Positions 1 to 18,000 of a stretch of 64,000 nt of DNA are shown here, one piece after another. Both the position numbers and the translations under genes were made by a program. How positions within the stretch are numbered: the stretch's first letter is position 1; every line of letters begins with the position of its first letter. The DNA comes from the human T2T-CHM13v2.0 reference genome, Homo sapiens: NCBI RefSeq assembly GCF_009914755.1, contig NC_060946.1; one strand, written 5' to 3'. The notes beneath the pieces are model-generated. The model was not told where the DNA came from, did not search any database, and saw only the letters and a program-made list of their open reading frames with translations.

Positions 1-3000
1 AAAAAATATCAAAGTACCCAAAGCATGTGTTATATACTGTACATAAAATATGAAAGTACATCAAATATATATTTTATTCTGTACATAAAATATCAAAGTA
101 CACCAGATGTATATTTTATAGTGTACATAAAATATCAAAGTACCCAAACTATACATTACATACTGTACATAAAATATGAAATTACATCAAATATATATTA
201 TATTAGGAACATAAAATATGAAAGTACATCAAATATAGATTATATACCGTACATAAAATATCAAAGTACCCCAAATATATATTTTATACTGTACATGAAA
301 TATCAAAGTTCACAAACTATATATTATATACTGTACATAAAATATCAATGTACCCAAGGTATACATTCTATAGTGTACAAAAAATATCAAAGTACCCAAA
401 GCATGTATTATATACTGTACATAAAATATGAAAGTACATCAAATATATATTTTATTCTGTACATAAAATATCAAAGTACACGCAATATATATTCTATACT
501 GTACATAAAATATAAAAGTACCCAAACTATACATTACATCCTTTACATAAAAGATGAGATTACATCAAAAATATATTATATTAGGTAATTAAAATATGAA
601 AGTACATCAAATATAGATTATATGCTGTACATAAAATACCAAAGTACCCCAAATATATATTTTATACTGTACATGAAATATCAAAGTTCTCAAACTATAT
701 ATTATATACTGTAGAAAAAATATCAAAGTACCCAAAGCAAGTATTATATACTGTACATAAAAGATGAAAGTACATCAAATATATATTTTATTCTGTACAT
801 AAAATATCAAAGTACACCAGATATATATTTTATAGTGTACATAAAATATCAAGGTACCCAAACTATACATTATATACTGTACATAAAATCTGAAATTACA
901 TCAAATATATATTATATTAGGTCCCTAAAATATGAAAGTACATCAAATATAGATTATTAAGTGTACATAAAATATCAAAGAAACCCAAATATATATTATA
1001 TACTGTACATGAAATATCAAAGTTCACAAACTATATATTATATACTGTACATAAAATATCAAAGTACCCAAGGTATATATTCTATACTGTACAAAAAATA
1101 TCAAAGTACCCAAAGCATGTATTATATACTGTACATAAAATATGAAAGTACATCAAATATATATTTGATTCTGTACATAAAATAACAAAGTACACCAGAT
1201 ATATATTTTATAGTGTACATAAAATATCAAAGTACCCAAACTATACATTATATGCTGTACATAAACTATGAAATTACATCAAATATATATTATATTAGGA
1301 ACATTAAATATGAAAGTACATCAAATATAGATTATTAACTGTACATAAAATGTCAAAGAACCCAAAATATATATTATATACTGTACATGAGATATCAAAC
1401 TTCACAAACTATATATTATATACTGTACATAAAATATCAAAGTACCCAAGGTATATATTCTATACTGTACAAAAAATATCAAAGTACCCAAAGCATGTAT
1501 TATATACTGTACATAAAAGATGAAAGTACATCAAATATATATTTTCTTCTGTACATAAAATATCAAAGTACACCAGATATATATTTTATAGTGTACATAA
1601 AATATCAAAGTACCCAAACTATACATTATATACTGTACATAAAATATGAAATTACATCATATATATATTATATTAGGTACATAAAATATGAAAGTACATC
1701 AAATATAGATTATATACTGTACATAAAATATAAAAGTACCCCAAATATATATTATATACTGTACATGAAATATCAAAACACACAAACTATATATTATATA
1801 CTGTAGAAAAAATATCAAAGTACCCAAAGCAAGTATTATATACTGAACATAAAAGATGAAAGTACATCAAATATATATTTTATTCTGTACATAAAATATC
1901 AAAGTACACAAGATATATATTTTATAGTGTACATAAAATATCAAGGTACCCAAACTATACATTATATACTGTACATAAAATATGAAATTACATCAAATAT
2001 ATATTATATTAGGTACGTAAAATATGAAAGTACATCAAATATAGATTATATACTGTACATAAAATATAAAAGAACCCCAAATATATATTATATACTGTAC
2101 ATGAAATATCAAAATACACAAACTATATATTATATACTGTACATAAAATATCAAAGTACCCAAGGTATATATTCTATACTGTACAAAAAATATCAAAGTA
2201 CCCAAAACATGTATTATATACTGTACATAAAATATGAAAGTACATCAAATACATATTTTATTGAGTACATAAAATAACAAAGTACACCAGATATATATTT
2301 TATAGTGTACATAAAATATCAAAGTACCCAACTATACATTACATACTGTACATAAAATATGAAATTATATCAAATATATATTATATTAGGAATATAAAAT
2401 ATGAAAGTACATCAAATATAGATTATATACTGTACATAAAAATCAAAGTACCCCAAATATATATTATATAGTGTACATGAAATATTAAAGTTCAGAAACT
2501 ATATATTATATACTGTACATAAAAGATGAAAGTACATAAAATATATATTTTATTCTGTACATAAAATATCAAAGTTTGCCAGATATATATTTTATAGTGT
2601 AAATAAAATATCAAATACTGAAACTATACATTATATACTGTACATAAAATATGAAATTACATCAAATATATATTATATTAGTTACCTAAAATATGAAAGT
2701 ACATCAAATATAGATTATTAACTGTACATAAAATACCAACGTAACTCAAATATATATTTTATACTGTACATGGAATATCAAAGTTCACAAACTATATATT
2801 ATATACTGTACGTAAAATATCAAGGAACTGAAGGTATATATTCTATACTGTACAAATAATATCAAAGTACCCAAAGCATGTATTATATACTGTACATAAA
2901 ATATGAAAGTACATCAAATATATATTTTATTCTGTACATAAGATATCAAAGTAAACCAAATATATATTCTATACTCTACATAAAATATCAAAGTACCCAA

Positions 3001-6000
3001 ACTATACATTATATACTGTACATAAAATATGAAATTACATCCAATATATATTATATTAGTTACATAAAATATGAAAGTACATCAAATATAGATTATATAC
3101 TGTACATAAAATACCAACGTACCCCAAATATATATTTTATACTGTACATGAAATATCAAAGTTCACAAACTATATATTATATACTGTACATAAAATAACA
3201 AAGAACTCAAGGTATATATTCTATACTGTACAAAAAATATATAAGCACCAAAAGCATGTATTATATACTGTACATAAAACATGAAAGTACATCAAATATA
3301 TATTTTATTCTGTACATAAGATATCAAAATAAACCAAATATATCTTCTATACTGTACATAAAATATCAAAGTACCCAAACTATACATTATGTACTGTACA
3401 TAAAATATGAAATTACATAAATATATATTATACTAGGTACATAAAATATGAAAGTACATCAAATATAGATTATATACTGTACATTAAATATCAAAGTACC
3501 CCAAATATATATTATATACTGTACATGAAATATCAAAGTTCACAAACTATATATTATATACTGTACATAAAATATGAATATACCCAAGGTATATATTCTA
3601 TACTCTACAAAAAATATCAAAGTACTCAAAGCATGTATTATATACTGTACATAAAATATGAAAGTACATCAAATATATATTTTATTCTGTACATAAATTA
3701 TCAAAGTACACCAAATATATATTCTACAGTGTACATAAAATATCAAAGAACCCAAACTATACATTATATACTGTACATAAAATATGAAATTACATCAAAT
3801 ATATATTATATTAGGTACATAAAATATGAAAGTACAACAAATATAGATTATATACTGTACATAAAATATCAAAGTACCCCAAATATATATTATATACTGT
3901 ACATGAAATATCAAAGTTCACAAACTATATATTATATACTGCACATAAAATATCAAAGTACCCAAGGTATATATTCTAAACTGTATAAAAAATATCAAAG
4001 TACCCAAAGCATGTATTGTATACTGTACATAAAATATGAAAGTACATCAAATATATATTTTATTCTGTACATAAAATATCAAAGTACACCAAATATATAT
4101 TCTAAAGTGTACATAAAATATCAAACTACCCAAACTATACATTATATACTGTACATAAAATATGAAATTATATCAAATATATATTATATTAGGTACATAA
4201 AATATGAAAGTACATCAAATATAGATTATATACTGTACATAAAATATCAAAGTACCACAAATATATATTATATACTGTACATGAAATATCATAGTTCACA
4301 AACTATATATTATATGCTGTACATAAAATATCAAAGTACCCAATGTATATATTCTATACTGTACAAAAAATATCAAAGTACCCAATGCATGTATTATACA
4401 CTGTACATAAAATATGAAAGTACATCAAATATATATTTTATTCTGTACAAAAAATATGAAAGAACACCAAACATATATTCTATAGTATACATAAAATATC
4501 AAATTATCCAAACTATACATTATATACTGTACATAAAATATGAAATTACATCAAATATATATTATATTAGGTACATAAAATATGAAAGTACATCTAGTAT
4601 AGATTATAAACTGTACATACAATATCAAAGTACCCCAAATATATATGATATACTGTACATGAAATATCAAAGTTCACAAACTATATATTATATACTGTAG
4701 ATAAAATATCAAAGTACCCAAGGTATATATTCTATACTGTACAAAAAGTATCAAAGTACCCAAAGCATGTATTATATACTGTACATAAAATATGAAAGTA
4801 CATCAAATATATATTTTATTCTGTACATAAAATATCAAAGTACACCAGATATATATTTTATAATGTACATAAAATATCAAAGTACCCAAACTATAGATTA
4901 TATACTGTACATAAAATATGAAATTACATCAAATATATATTATATTAGGTACCTAAAATATGAAAGTACATCAAATATAGATTATTAAGTGTACATAAAA
5001 TATCAAAGAACCCCAAATATATATTATATACTATACATGAAATATCAAATTTCACAATCTATATACTATATACTGTACATAAAATATCAAATTACCCAAC
5101 GTATATATTCTATACTGTACAAAAAATATCAAAGTACCCAAAGCATGTATCATATACTGTACATAAAATATTTAAGTACATCAAATATATATATTATTCT
5201 GTACATAAAATATCAAAGTACACCAGATATATATTTTATAGTGTACATAAAATATCAAAGTACCCAAACTATACATTATATACTGTACATAAAATATGAA
5301 ATTACATCAAATATATATTATATTAGGTCCATAAAATATGAAAGTACATCAAATATAGATTATATACTGTACATAAAATACAAAAGTACCCCAAATATAT
5401 ATTATATACTGTACATGAAATATCAAAATACACAAACTAAATATTATATACTGTACAAAAAATATCAAAGTACCCAAAGCATGTATTATATACTGTACAT
5501 AAAATATGAAATACATCAAATATTTATTTTATTCTGTTCATAAAATATCAAGGTACACCAGATATATATTTTATAGTGTACATAAAACTTCAAGGTACAC
5601 AAACTATACATTATATACCGTACATAAAATATGAAATTACATCAAATATATATTATATTGGTTACATAAAATATGAAAGTACATCAAATATAGATTTTTA
5701 ACTGTACATAAAATATCAAAGAACCCCAAATATATATTATATACTGTACATGAAATATCAAAGTTCACAAACTATATATTGTATATTGTACATAAAATAT
5801 CAAAGTACCCAAGGTATATATTCTATGCTATACAAAAAATATCAAAGTACCCAAAGCATGTATCATATACTGTACATAAAATATGAAAGTACATCAAATA
5901 TATATTTTATTCTGTACAAAAAATATCAAAGTACACCAAATATATATTCTATAGTGTACATAAAATATAAAATTACCCAAACTATACATTATATACTGTA

Positions 6001-9000
6001 CATAAAATATGAAATTACATCAAATATATATTATATTAGGTACATAAAATATGAAAGTCAATCAAATATAAATTATATACTATACATTAAATATCAAAGT
6101 ACCCAAATATATATTATATACTGTACATGAAATATCAAAGTTCACAAACTATATATTATATACTGTACATAATATATCAATATACCCAAGGTATGTATTC
6201 TATACTGTACAAAAAATATCAAAGTACCCAAAACATGTATTATATACTGTACATAAAATATGAATGTACATCAAATATATATTTTCATCTGTACATAAGA
6301 TATCAAAGTACACCAAATATATATTCTATACTGTACATAAAATATCAAAGTACCCAAACTATACATTATATACTGTACATAAAAGATGAAATTACTTCAA
6401 AAATATATCATATTAGGTAAGTAAAATATGAAAGTACAACAAATATAGATTATATACTGTACATAAAATACCAAAGTACCCCAAATATATATTTTTACTG
6501 TACATGAAATATCAATATTCACAAACTATATATTATATACTGTACATAAAATATCAAAATACCCAAGGTATATATTCTATACTGTAGAAAAAATATCAAA
6601 GTACCCAAAGCATGTATTATATACTGTACATAAAATATGAAAGTACATCAAATATGTATTTTATTCTGTACATAAACTATCAAAGTACACCAAATTTATA
6701 TTCTATACTGTACATAAAATATCAAATTACCCAAACTATACATTATATACTGTACATAAAATATGAAATTACATCAAATATATATATTAGGTACGTAAAA
6801 TATGAAAGTACATCAAATATAGATTATATACCGTACATAAAATATCAAAGTGCCTCAAATATATGTTTTATACTGTACATGAAATATCAAAGTTCACAAA
6901 CTATATATTATATACTGTACATAAAATATCAAAGTACCCAAGGTATATATTCTATACTGTACAAAAAATATCAAAGTACCCAAAGCATGTATTATATACT
7001 GTACATAAAATATGAAAGTACATCAAATATATATTTTATTCTGTACATAAATTATCAAAGTACACCAAATATATATTCTATAGTGTACATAAAATATCAA
7101 ACTACCCAAACTATACATTATATACTGTACATAAAATATGAAATTACATCAAATATATATTATATTAGGTACATAAATTATGAAAGTACATCAAATATAG
7201 ATTATATACTGTACATAAAATACCAACATACCCCAAATATATTTTATACTGTACATGAAATATCAAAGTTCAGAAACTATATATTATATACTGTACATAA
7301 AATATCAAAGAACTCAAGGTATATATTCTATACTGTACTAAAAATATATAAGTACCCAAAGCATGTATTATATACTGTACATAAAATATGAAAGTACATC
7401 AAATATATATTTTATTCTGTACATAAGATATCAAAGTACACCAAATTTATATTCTATACTGTACATAAAATATCAAAGTACCCAAACTATACATTATATA
7501 CTGTACATAAATTATGAAATTACATCAAATATATATTATATTAGGTACATAAAATATGAAAGTACATCAAATATAGATTATATACTGTACATAAAATACC
7601 AACGTACCCCAAATATATATTTTATACTGTACATGAAATATCAAAGTTCACAAACTATATATTATATACTGTACATAAAATATGAATATACCCAAGGTAT
7701 ATATTCTATACTGTACAAAAAATATCAAAGTACCCAAAGCATGTATTATATACTGTACATAAAATATGAAAGTACATCAAATATATATTTTATTCTGTAC
7801 ATACAGTATCAAAGTACACCAAATATATATTCTACAGTGTACATAAAATATCAAAGTACCCAAACTATACATTATATACTGTACATAAAATATGAAATTC
7901 CATCAAATATATATTATATTAGGTACATAAAATATGAAAGTACATCAAATATAGATTATATGCTGTCCAAAAAATATCAAAGTACCCCAAATATATATTA
8001 TATACTATACATGAAATATCAAAGTTCACACACTATATATTATATACTGTACATAAAATATCAAAGTACCCAAGGTATATATTCTATACTGTACAAAAAA
8101 TATCAAAGTACCCAAAGCATGTATTATATACTGTACATAAAATATGAAAGTACATCAAATATATATTTTATTCTGTACATAAAATATCAAAGTACACCAC
8201 ATATATATATTATAGTGTACATAAAATATCAAAGTACCCAAAGTATACATTATATACTGTACATAAAATATGAAATTATATCATATATATATTATATTAG
8301 GTACATAAAATATGAAAGTACATCAAATATAGATTATATACTGTACATAAAATATCAAAGAACCCCAAATATATATTATATACTGTACATGAAATATCAA
8401 AGTTCACAAACTATATATTATATACTGTAGATAAAATATCAAAGTACCCAACGTAAATATTCTATACTGTACAAAAAATATCAAAGTACCCAAAGCATGT
8501 ATTTTATACTGTACATAAAATATGAAAGTACATCAAATATATATTTTATTCTGTACATAAAATATCAAAGTTCACCACATATATATTTTATAGTGTACAT
8601 AAAATATCAAAGTACCCAAAGTATACATTATATACTGTACATAAACTATGAAATTACATCAAATATATATTATATTAGGTACGTAAAATATGAAAGTACA
8701 TCAAGTATAGATTATATACTGTACATAAAATATCAAAGAACCCCAAATATATATGATATACTGTACATGAAATATCAAAGTTCACAAACTATATATTATA
8801 TACTGTACATAAAATATCAAAGTACCCAAGATATATATTCTATGCTGTACAAAAAATATCAAAGTACCCAAAGCATGTATTATATACTGTACATAAAATA
8901 TTAAATTACAACAAATATAGATTATATACTGTACATAAAATATCAAAGAACCCCAAATATATATTATATACTGTACATGAAATATCAAAGTTCACAAACT

Positions 9001-12000
9001 ATATATTATATACTGTACATAAAATATCAAAGTACACAAGGTATATATTCTATACTGTACAAAAAATATCAAAGTACCCAAAGCATGTATTATATACTGT
9101 ATATAAAATATGAGAGTACATCAAATATATATTTTATTCTGTACATAAAATATCAAAGTTCACCAGATATATATTTTATAGTGTACATAAAATATGAAAT
9201 TACCCAAACTATACATTATATACTGTACATAAAATATGAAATTACGTCAAATATATATTATATTAGTTACCTAAAATATGAAAGTACATCAAATATAGAT
9301 TATTAACTGTACATAAAATATCAAAGTACCACAAATATATATTATATACTGTACATGAAATATCAAAGTTCACAAACTATATATTATATACTGTACATAA
9401 AATATCAAAGTACCGAAGGTATATATTCTATACTGTACAAAAAATATCAAAGTACCCAAAGCATGTATTATATACTGTACATAAAATATGAAAGTACATC
9501 AAATATATATTTTATTCTGTACATAAAATATCAAAGTACACCACATATATATTTTATAGTGCACATAAAATATCAAAGTACCCAAAGTATATATTATATA
9601 CTGTACATAAAATATGAAATTACGTCAAATATATATTATATTAGGTACGTAAAATATGAAAGTACATCAAATATAGATTATATACTGTACATAAAATATC
9701 AAAGAACCCCAAATATATATGACATAGTGTACATGAAATATCAAAGATCACAAACTATATATTATATGCTGTACATAAAATATCAAAGTACCCAAGGTAT
9801 ATATTCTATGCTATACAAAAAATATCAAGGTACCCAAAGCATGTATTATATACTGTACATAAAATATGAAAGTACAACAAATATATATTTTATTCTGTAC
9901 ATAAAATATCAAAGTACACCACATATATATTTTATAGTGTACGTAAAATATCAAAGTACCCAAAGTATACATTATATACTGTACATAAAATATGAAATTA
10001 CATCAAATATATATTATATTAGGTACATAAAATATGAAAGTACATCAAATATAGATTATATACTGTACATAAAATATCAAAGAACCCCAAAATATATATT
10101 ATATACTGTACATGAAATATCAAAGTTCACAAACTATATATTATATACTGTAGATAAAATATCAAAGCACCCAACGTATATATTCTATACTGTACAAAAA
10201 ATATCAAAGTACACAAAGCATGTATTTTATACTGTACATAAAATATGAAAGTACATCAAAAATATATTTTATTCTGTACATAAAATATCAAAGTACACCA
10301 CATATATATTTTATAGTGTGCATAAAATATCAAAGTACCCAAAGAATACATTACATACTGTACAAAAAATATGAAAGTACATCAAATATAGATTATATTA
10401 GTTACCTAAAATATGAAAGTACTTCAAATATAGATTATTAACTGTACATAAAATATTAAAGTACCCCAAATATATATTATATAGTGTACATGAAATATCA
10501 AAGTTCACAAACTATATATTATATACTGTACATAAAATATCAAAGTACCCAAGGTATACATTCTATACTGTACAAAAAATATCAAAGTACCCAAAGCATG
10601 TATTATATACTGTACATAAAAGATGAAAGTACATCAAATATATATTTTATTCTGTACATAAAATATCAAAGTACACCAGATATATATTTTATAGTGTACA
10701 TAAAATATCAAAGTACCCAAACTATACATTATATACTGTACATAAAATATGAAATTACATCAAATATATATTATATTAGGTACATAAAATACGAAAGTAT
10801 ATCAAATATAGATTATATACTGTACATAAAATATCAAAGTACCCCAAATATATATTATATACTGTACATGAAATATCAAAGTTCGCAAACTATATATTAT
10901 ATACTGTACATAAAATATCAAAGTACCCAAGGTATATATTCTATACTGTACAAAAAATATCAAAGTATCCAAAGCATGTATTATACACTGTACATAAAAT
11001 ATGAAAGTACATCAAATATATATATTATTCTGTACATAAAATATCAAAGTACACCAGATATATATTTTATAGTGTACATAAAATATCAAAGTACCCAAAC
11101 TATACATTATATACTGTACATAAAATATGAAAGTACATCAAATATATATTATATTAGGTACCTAAAATATGAAAGTACATCAAATATAGATTATTAACTG
11201 TACATAAAATATCAAAGAACCCCAAATATATATTATATTCTGTACATGAAATATCAAAGTTCACAAACTATATATTATATACTGTACATAAAATATCAAA
11301 GTACCGAAGGTATATATTCTATACTGTACAAAAAATATCAAAGTACCCAAAGCATGTTTTATATACTGTACATAAATTATGAAAGTACATCAAATATATA
11401 TTTTATTCTGTACATAAAATAAGAAAGTACACCAGATATATATTTTATAGCGTACATAAAATATCAAAATACCCAAACTATACATTTCATACTGTATATA
11501 AAATATGAAATTACATCAAATATATATTATATTAGGAACATAAAATATGAAAGTACATCAAATATAGATTATTAACTGTACATAAAATATCAAAGAACCC
11601 CAAATATATATTATATACTGTACATGAGATATCAAACTTCACAAACTATTATATACTGTACATAAAATATAAAAGTACCCAAGGTATATATTCTATACTG
11701 TACAAAAAATATCAAAGTACCCAAAGCATGTATTATATACTGTACATAAAATATGAAAGTACATCAAATATATATTTTATTCTGTACATAAAATAACAAA
11801 GTACACCAGATATATATTTTATAGTGTACATAAAATATCAAAGTACCCAAACTATACATTACATACTGTACATAAAATATGGAATTACATCAAATATATA
11901 TTATATAAGGTACGTAAAATATGAAAGTACATCAAATATAGATTATATACCATACATAAAATATAAAGGAACCCCAAATATATATGATATATTCTACATG

Positions 12001-15000
12001 AAATATCAAAGTTCACAAACTATATATTATATACTGTAGATAAAATATCAAAGTACCCAAGGTATATATTCTATACTGTAAAAAAAATATCAAAGTACCC
12101 AAAGCATGTATTATATACTGTACATAAAATATGAAAGCACATCAAATATATATTATATTAGGTACATAAAATATGAAAGTACATAAAATATAGATGATAT
12201 ACGATACATAAAATATCAAAGTAGCCCAAATATATATTATACAGTGTACATGAAATATCAAAATTTACACAATATATATTATATAATATACATAAAATAT
12301 CAAAGTACCCAAAGCAAGTATTATATACTGTACATAAAAGATGAAAGTACATCAAATATATATTTTATTCTGTACATAAAATATCAAAGTACACCAGATA
12401 TATATTTTATAGTGTACATAAAATATCAAGGTACCCAAACTATACATTATATACTGTACATAAAATATGGAATTACATCAAATATATATTATATTAGGTA
12501 CGTAAAATATGAAAGTACATCAAATATAGATTATATACCATACATAAAATATAAAGGAACCCCAAATATATATGATATACTGTACATGAAATATCAAAGT
12601 TGACAAACTATATATTATATACTGTAGATAAAATATCAAAGTACCCAAGGTATATATTCTATACTGTAAAAAAAATATCAAAGTACCCAAAGCATGTATT
12701 ATATACTGTACATAAAATATGAAAGCACATCAAATATATATTATATTAGGTACATAAAATGTGAAAGTACATAAAATATAGATGATATACTATACATAAA
12801 ATATCAAAGTAGCCCAAATATATATTATACAGTGTACATGAAATATCAAAATTTACAAAATATATATTATATAATGTGCATAAAATATCAAAGTACCCAA
12901 AGCAAGTATTATATACTGTACATAAAAGATGAAAGTACATCAAATATATATTTTATTCTGTCCATAAAATATCAAAGTACACCAGATATATATTTTATAG
13001 TGTACATAAAATATCAAGGTACCCAAACTATACATTATATACTGTACATAAAATATGAAATTACATCAAATATATATTATATTAGGTACGTAAAATATGA
13101 AAGTACATCAAAGATAGATTATATACTGTACATAATATATAAAAGAACCCCAAATATATATTATATACTGTACATGAAATATCAAAGTTCACAAACTATA
13201 TATTATATACTGTAGATAAAATATCAAAGTACCCAACGTATATATTCTATACTGTACAAAAAATATCAAAGTACACAAAGCATGTATTTTATACTGTACA
13301 TAAAATATGAAAGTACATCAAAAATATATTTTATTCTGTACATAAAATATCAAAGTACACCACATATATATTTTATAGTGTACATAAAATATCAAAGTAC
13401 CCAAAGCAAGTATTATCTACTGTACATAAAAGATGAAAGTACATCAAATATATATTTTATTCTGTACATAAAATATCAAAGTACACCAGATATATATTTT
13501 ATAGTGTACATAAAATATCAAGGTACCCAAACTATACATTATATACTGTACATAAAATATGAAATTACATCAAATATATATTATATTAGGTACGTAAAAT
13601 ATGAAAGTACATCAAATATAAATTATATACTGTACATAATATATAAAAGAACCCCAACTATATATTATATACTGTACATGAAATATCAAAATACACAAAC
13701 TATATATTATATACTGTACATAAAATATCAAAGTACCCAAGGTATATATTCTATACTGTACAAAAAATATCAAAGTACCCAAAGCATGTATTATATACTG
13801 TACATAAAATATGAAAGTACATCAAATATATATTTTATTCTGTACATAAAATAACAAAGTACACCAGATATATATTTTATAGTGTACATAAAATATCAAA
13901 GTACCCAAACTATACATTACATACTGTACATAAAATATGAAAGAACATCAAATATATATTATATTAGGTACGTAAAATATGAAAGTACATCAAATATAGA
14001 TTATATACCATACATAAAATATAAAGGAACCCCAAATATATATGATATACAGTACATGAAATATCAAAGTTCACAAACTATATATTATATACTGTAGATA
14101 AAATATCAAAGTACCCAAGGTATATATTCTATACTGTAAAAAAAAATATCAAAGTACCCAAAGCATGTATTATATACTGTACATAAAATATGAAAGTACA
14201 TCAAATATATATTTTATTCTGTACATAAAATAACAAAGTACACCAGATATATATTTTATAGTGTACATAAAATATCAAAGTACCCAAACTATACATTACA
14301 TACTGTACATAAAATATGGAATTACATCAAATATATATTATATTAGGTACGTAAAATATGAAAGTACATCAAATATAGATTATATACCATACATAAAATA
14401 TAAAGGAACCCCAAATATATATGATATATTCTACATGAAATATCAAAGTTCACAAACTATATATTATATACTGTAGATAAAATATCAAAGTACCCAAGGT
14501 ATATATTCTATACTGTAAAAAAAATATCAAAGTACCCAAAGCATGTATTATATACTGTACATAAAATATGAAAGCACATCAAATATATATTATATTAGGT
14601 ACATAAAATATGAAAGTACATAAAATATAGATGATATACGATACATAAAATATCAAAGTAGCCCAAATATATATTATACAGTGTACATGAAATATCAAAA
14701 TTTACACAATATATATTATATAATATACATAAAATATCAAAGTACCCAAAGCAAGTATTATATACTGTACATAAAAGATGAAAGTACATCAAATATATAT
14801 TTTATTCTGTACATAAAATATCAAAGTACACCAGATATATATTTTATAGTGTACATAAAATATCAAGGTACCCAAACTATACATTATATACTGTACATAA
14901 AATATGAAATTACATCAAATATATATTATATTAGGTACGTAAAATATGAAAGTACATCAAATATAGATTATATAGTGTACATAATATATAAAAGAACCCC

Positions 15001-18000
15001 AAATATATATTATATACTGTACATGAAATGTCAAAATACACAAACTATATATTATATACTGTACATAAAATATCAAAGTACCCAAGGTATATATTCTATA
15101 CTGTACAAAAAATATCAAAGTACCCAAAGCATGTATTATATACTGTACATAAAATATGAAAGTACATCAAATATATATTATATTAGGTACGTAAAATATG
15201 AAAGTACATCAAATATAGATTATCTACCATACATAAAATATAAAGGAACCCCAAATATATATGATATACTGTACATGAAATATCAAAGTTCACAAACTAT
15301 ATATTATATACTGTAGATAAAATATCAAAGTACCCAAGGTATATATTCTATACTGTAAAAAAAATATCAAAGTACCCAAAGCATGTATTATATACTGTAC
15401 CTAAAATATGAAAGTACATCAAATATATATTTTATACTGTACATAAAATAACAAAGTACCCAAAGCATGTATTATATGCTGTACATAAAATATGAAAGTA
15501 CATCAAATATATATTTTATTCTGTACATAAAATAACAAAGTACACCAGATATATATTTTATAGTGTACATAAAATATGAAATTACCCAAACTATACATTA
15601 CATACTGTACATAAAATATGGAATTACATCAAATATATATTATATTAGGTACGTAAAATATGAAAGTACATCAAATATAGATTATATACCATACATAAAA
15701 TATAAAGGAACCCCAAATATATATGATATACTGTACATGAAATATCAAAGTTCACAAACTATATATTATATACTGTAGATAAAATATCAAAGTACCCAAG
15801 GTATATATTCTATACTGTAAAAAAAATATCAAAGTACCCAAAGCATGTATTATATACTGTACATAAAATATGAAAGAACATCAAATATATATTATATTAG
15901 GTACATAAAATATGAAAGTACATAAAATATAGATGATATACTGTACATAAAATATCAAAGTAGCCCAAATATATATTATACAGTGTACATGAAATATCAA
16001 AATTTACAAAATATATATTATATAATGTACATAAAATATCAAAGTACCCAAAGCAAGTATTATATACTGTACATAAAAGATGAAAGTACATCAAATATAT
16101 ATTTTATTCTGTACATAAAATATCAAAGTACACCAGATATATATTTTATAGTGTACATAAAATATCAAGGTACCCAAACTATACATTATATACTGTACAT
16201 AAAATATGAAATTACATCAAATATATATTATATTACGTACATAAAATATGAAAGTACATCAAATATAGATTATATACTGTACATAATATATAAAAGAACC
16301 CCAACTATATATTATATACTGTACATGAAATATCAAAATACACAAACTATATATTATATACTGTACATAAAATATCAAAGTACCCAAGGTATATATTCTA
16401 TACTGTACAAAAAATATCATAGTACCCAAAGCATGTATTATATACTGTACATAAAATATGAAAGTAAATCAAATATATATTTTATTCTGTACATAAAATA
16501 ACAAAGTACACCAGATATATATTTTATAGTGTACATAAAATATCAAAGTACCCAAACTATACATTACATACTGTACATAAAATATGGAATTACATCAAAT
16601 GTATATTATATTAGGTACGTAAAATATGAAAGTACATCAAATATAGATTATATACCATACATAAAATATAAAGGAACCCCAAATATATATGATATACTGT
16701 ACATGAAATATCAAAGTTCACAAACTATATATTATATACTGTAGATAAAATATCAAAGTACCCAAGGTATATATTCTATACTGTAAAAAAAATATCAACG
16801 TACCCAAAGCATGTGTTATATACTGTAAATAAAATATGAAATTACATCAAATATATATTAGGTACATAAAATATGAAAGTACATCAAATATATATTTTAT
16901 TCTGTACATAAAATATCAAAGTACACCAGATATATATTTTATAGTGTACGTAAAATATCAAAGTACCCAAACTATACATTATATACTGTATATAAAATAT
17001 GAAATTACATCAAATATATATTATATTAGGTACATAAAATATGAAAGTACATCAAATATAGATTATATACTGTACATAAAATATAAAAGTACCCCAAATA
17101 TATATTATATACTGTACATGAAATATCAAAATACACAAAATATATATTATATACTGTACAAAAAATATCAAAGTACCCAAAGCAAGTATTATATACTGTA
17201 CATAAAAGATGAAAGTACATCAAATATATATTCTATTCTGTACATAAAATATCAAAGTACACCAGATATATATTTTATAGTGTACATAAAACATCAAGGT
17301 ACACAAACTCTACATTATATACTGTACATAAAATATGAAATTACATCAAATATATATTATATTGGGTACATAAAATATGAAAGTGCATCAAATATAGATT
17401 ATTAACTCTACATAAAATATCAAAGAACCCCAAATATATATTATATACTGTACATGAAATATCAAAATACACAAACTATATATTATATACTGTACATAAA
17501 ATATCAAAGTACCCAAGGTATATATTCTATACTGTACAAAAAATATCAAAGTACCCAAAGCATGTATTATATACTGCACATAAAATATGAAAGTACATCA
17601 AATATATATTTGATTCTGTACATAAAATAACAAAGTACACCAGATGTATATTTTATAGTGTACATAAAATATCAAAGTACCCAAACTATACATTACATAC
17701 TGTACATAAAATATGAAATTACATCAAATATATATTATATTAGGTACATAAAATATGAAAGTACATCAAATATAGATTATTAACTGTACATAAAATATCA
17801 AAGAACCCCAAATATATATTTTACACTGTACATGAGATATCAAACTTCACAAACTATATATTATATACTGTAGATAAAATATCAAAGTACCCAAGGTATA
17901 TATTCTATACTGTACAAAAAATATCAAAGTACCCAAAGCATGTATTATATACTGTACATAAAATATGAAAGTACATCAAATATATATTTTATTCTGTACA

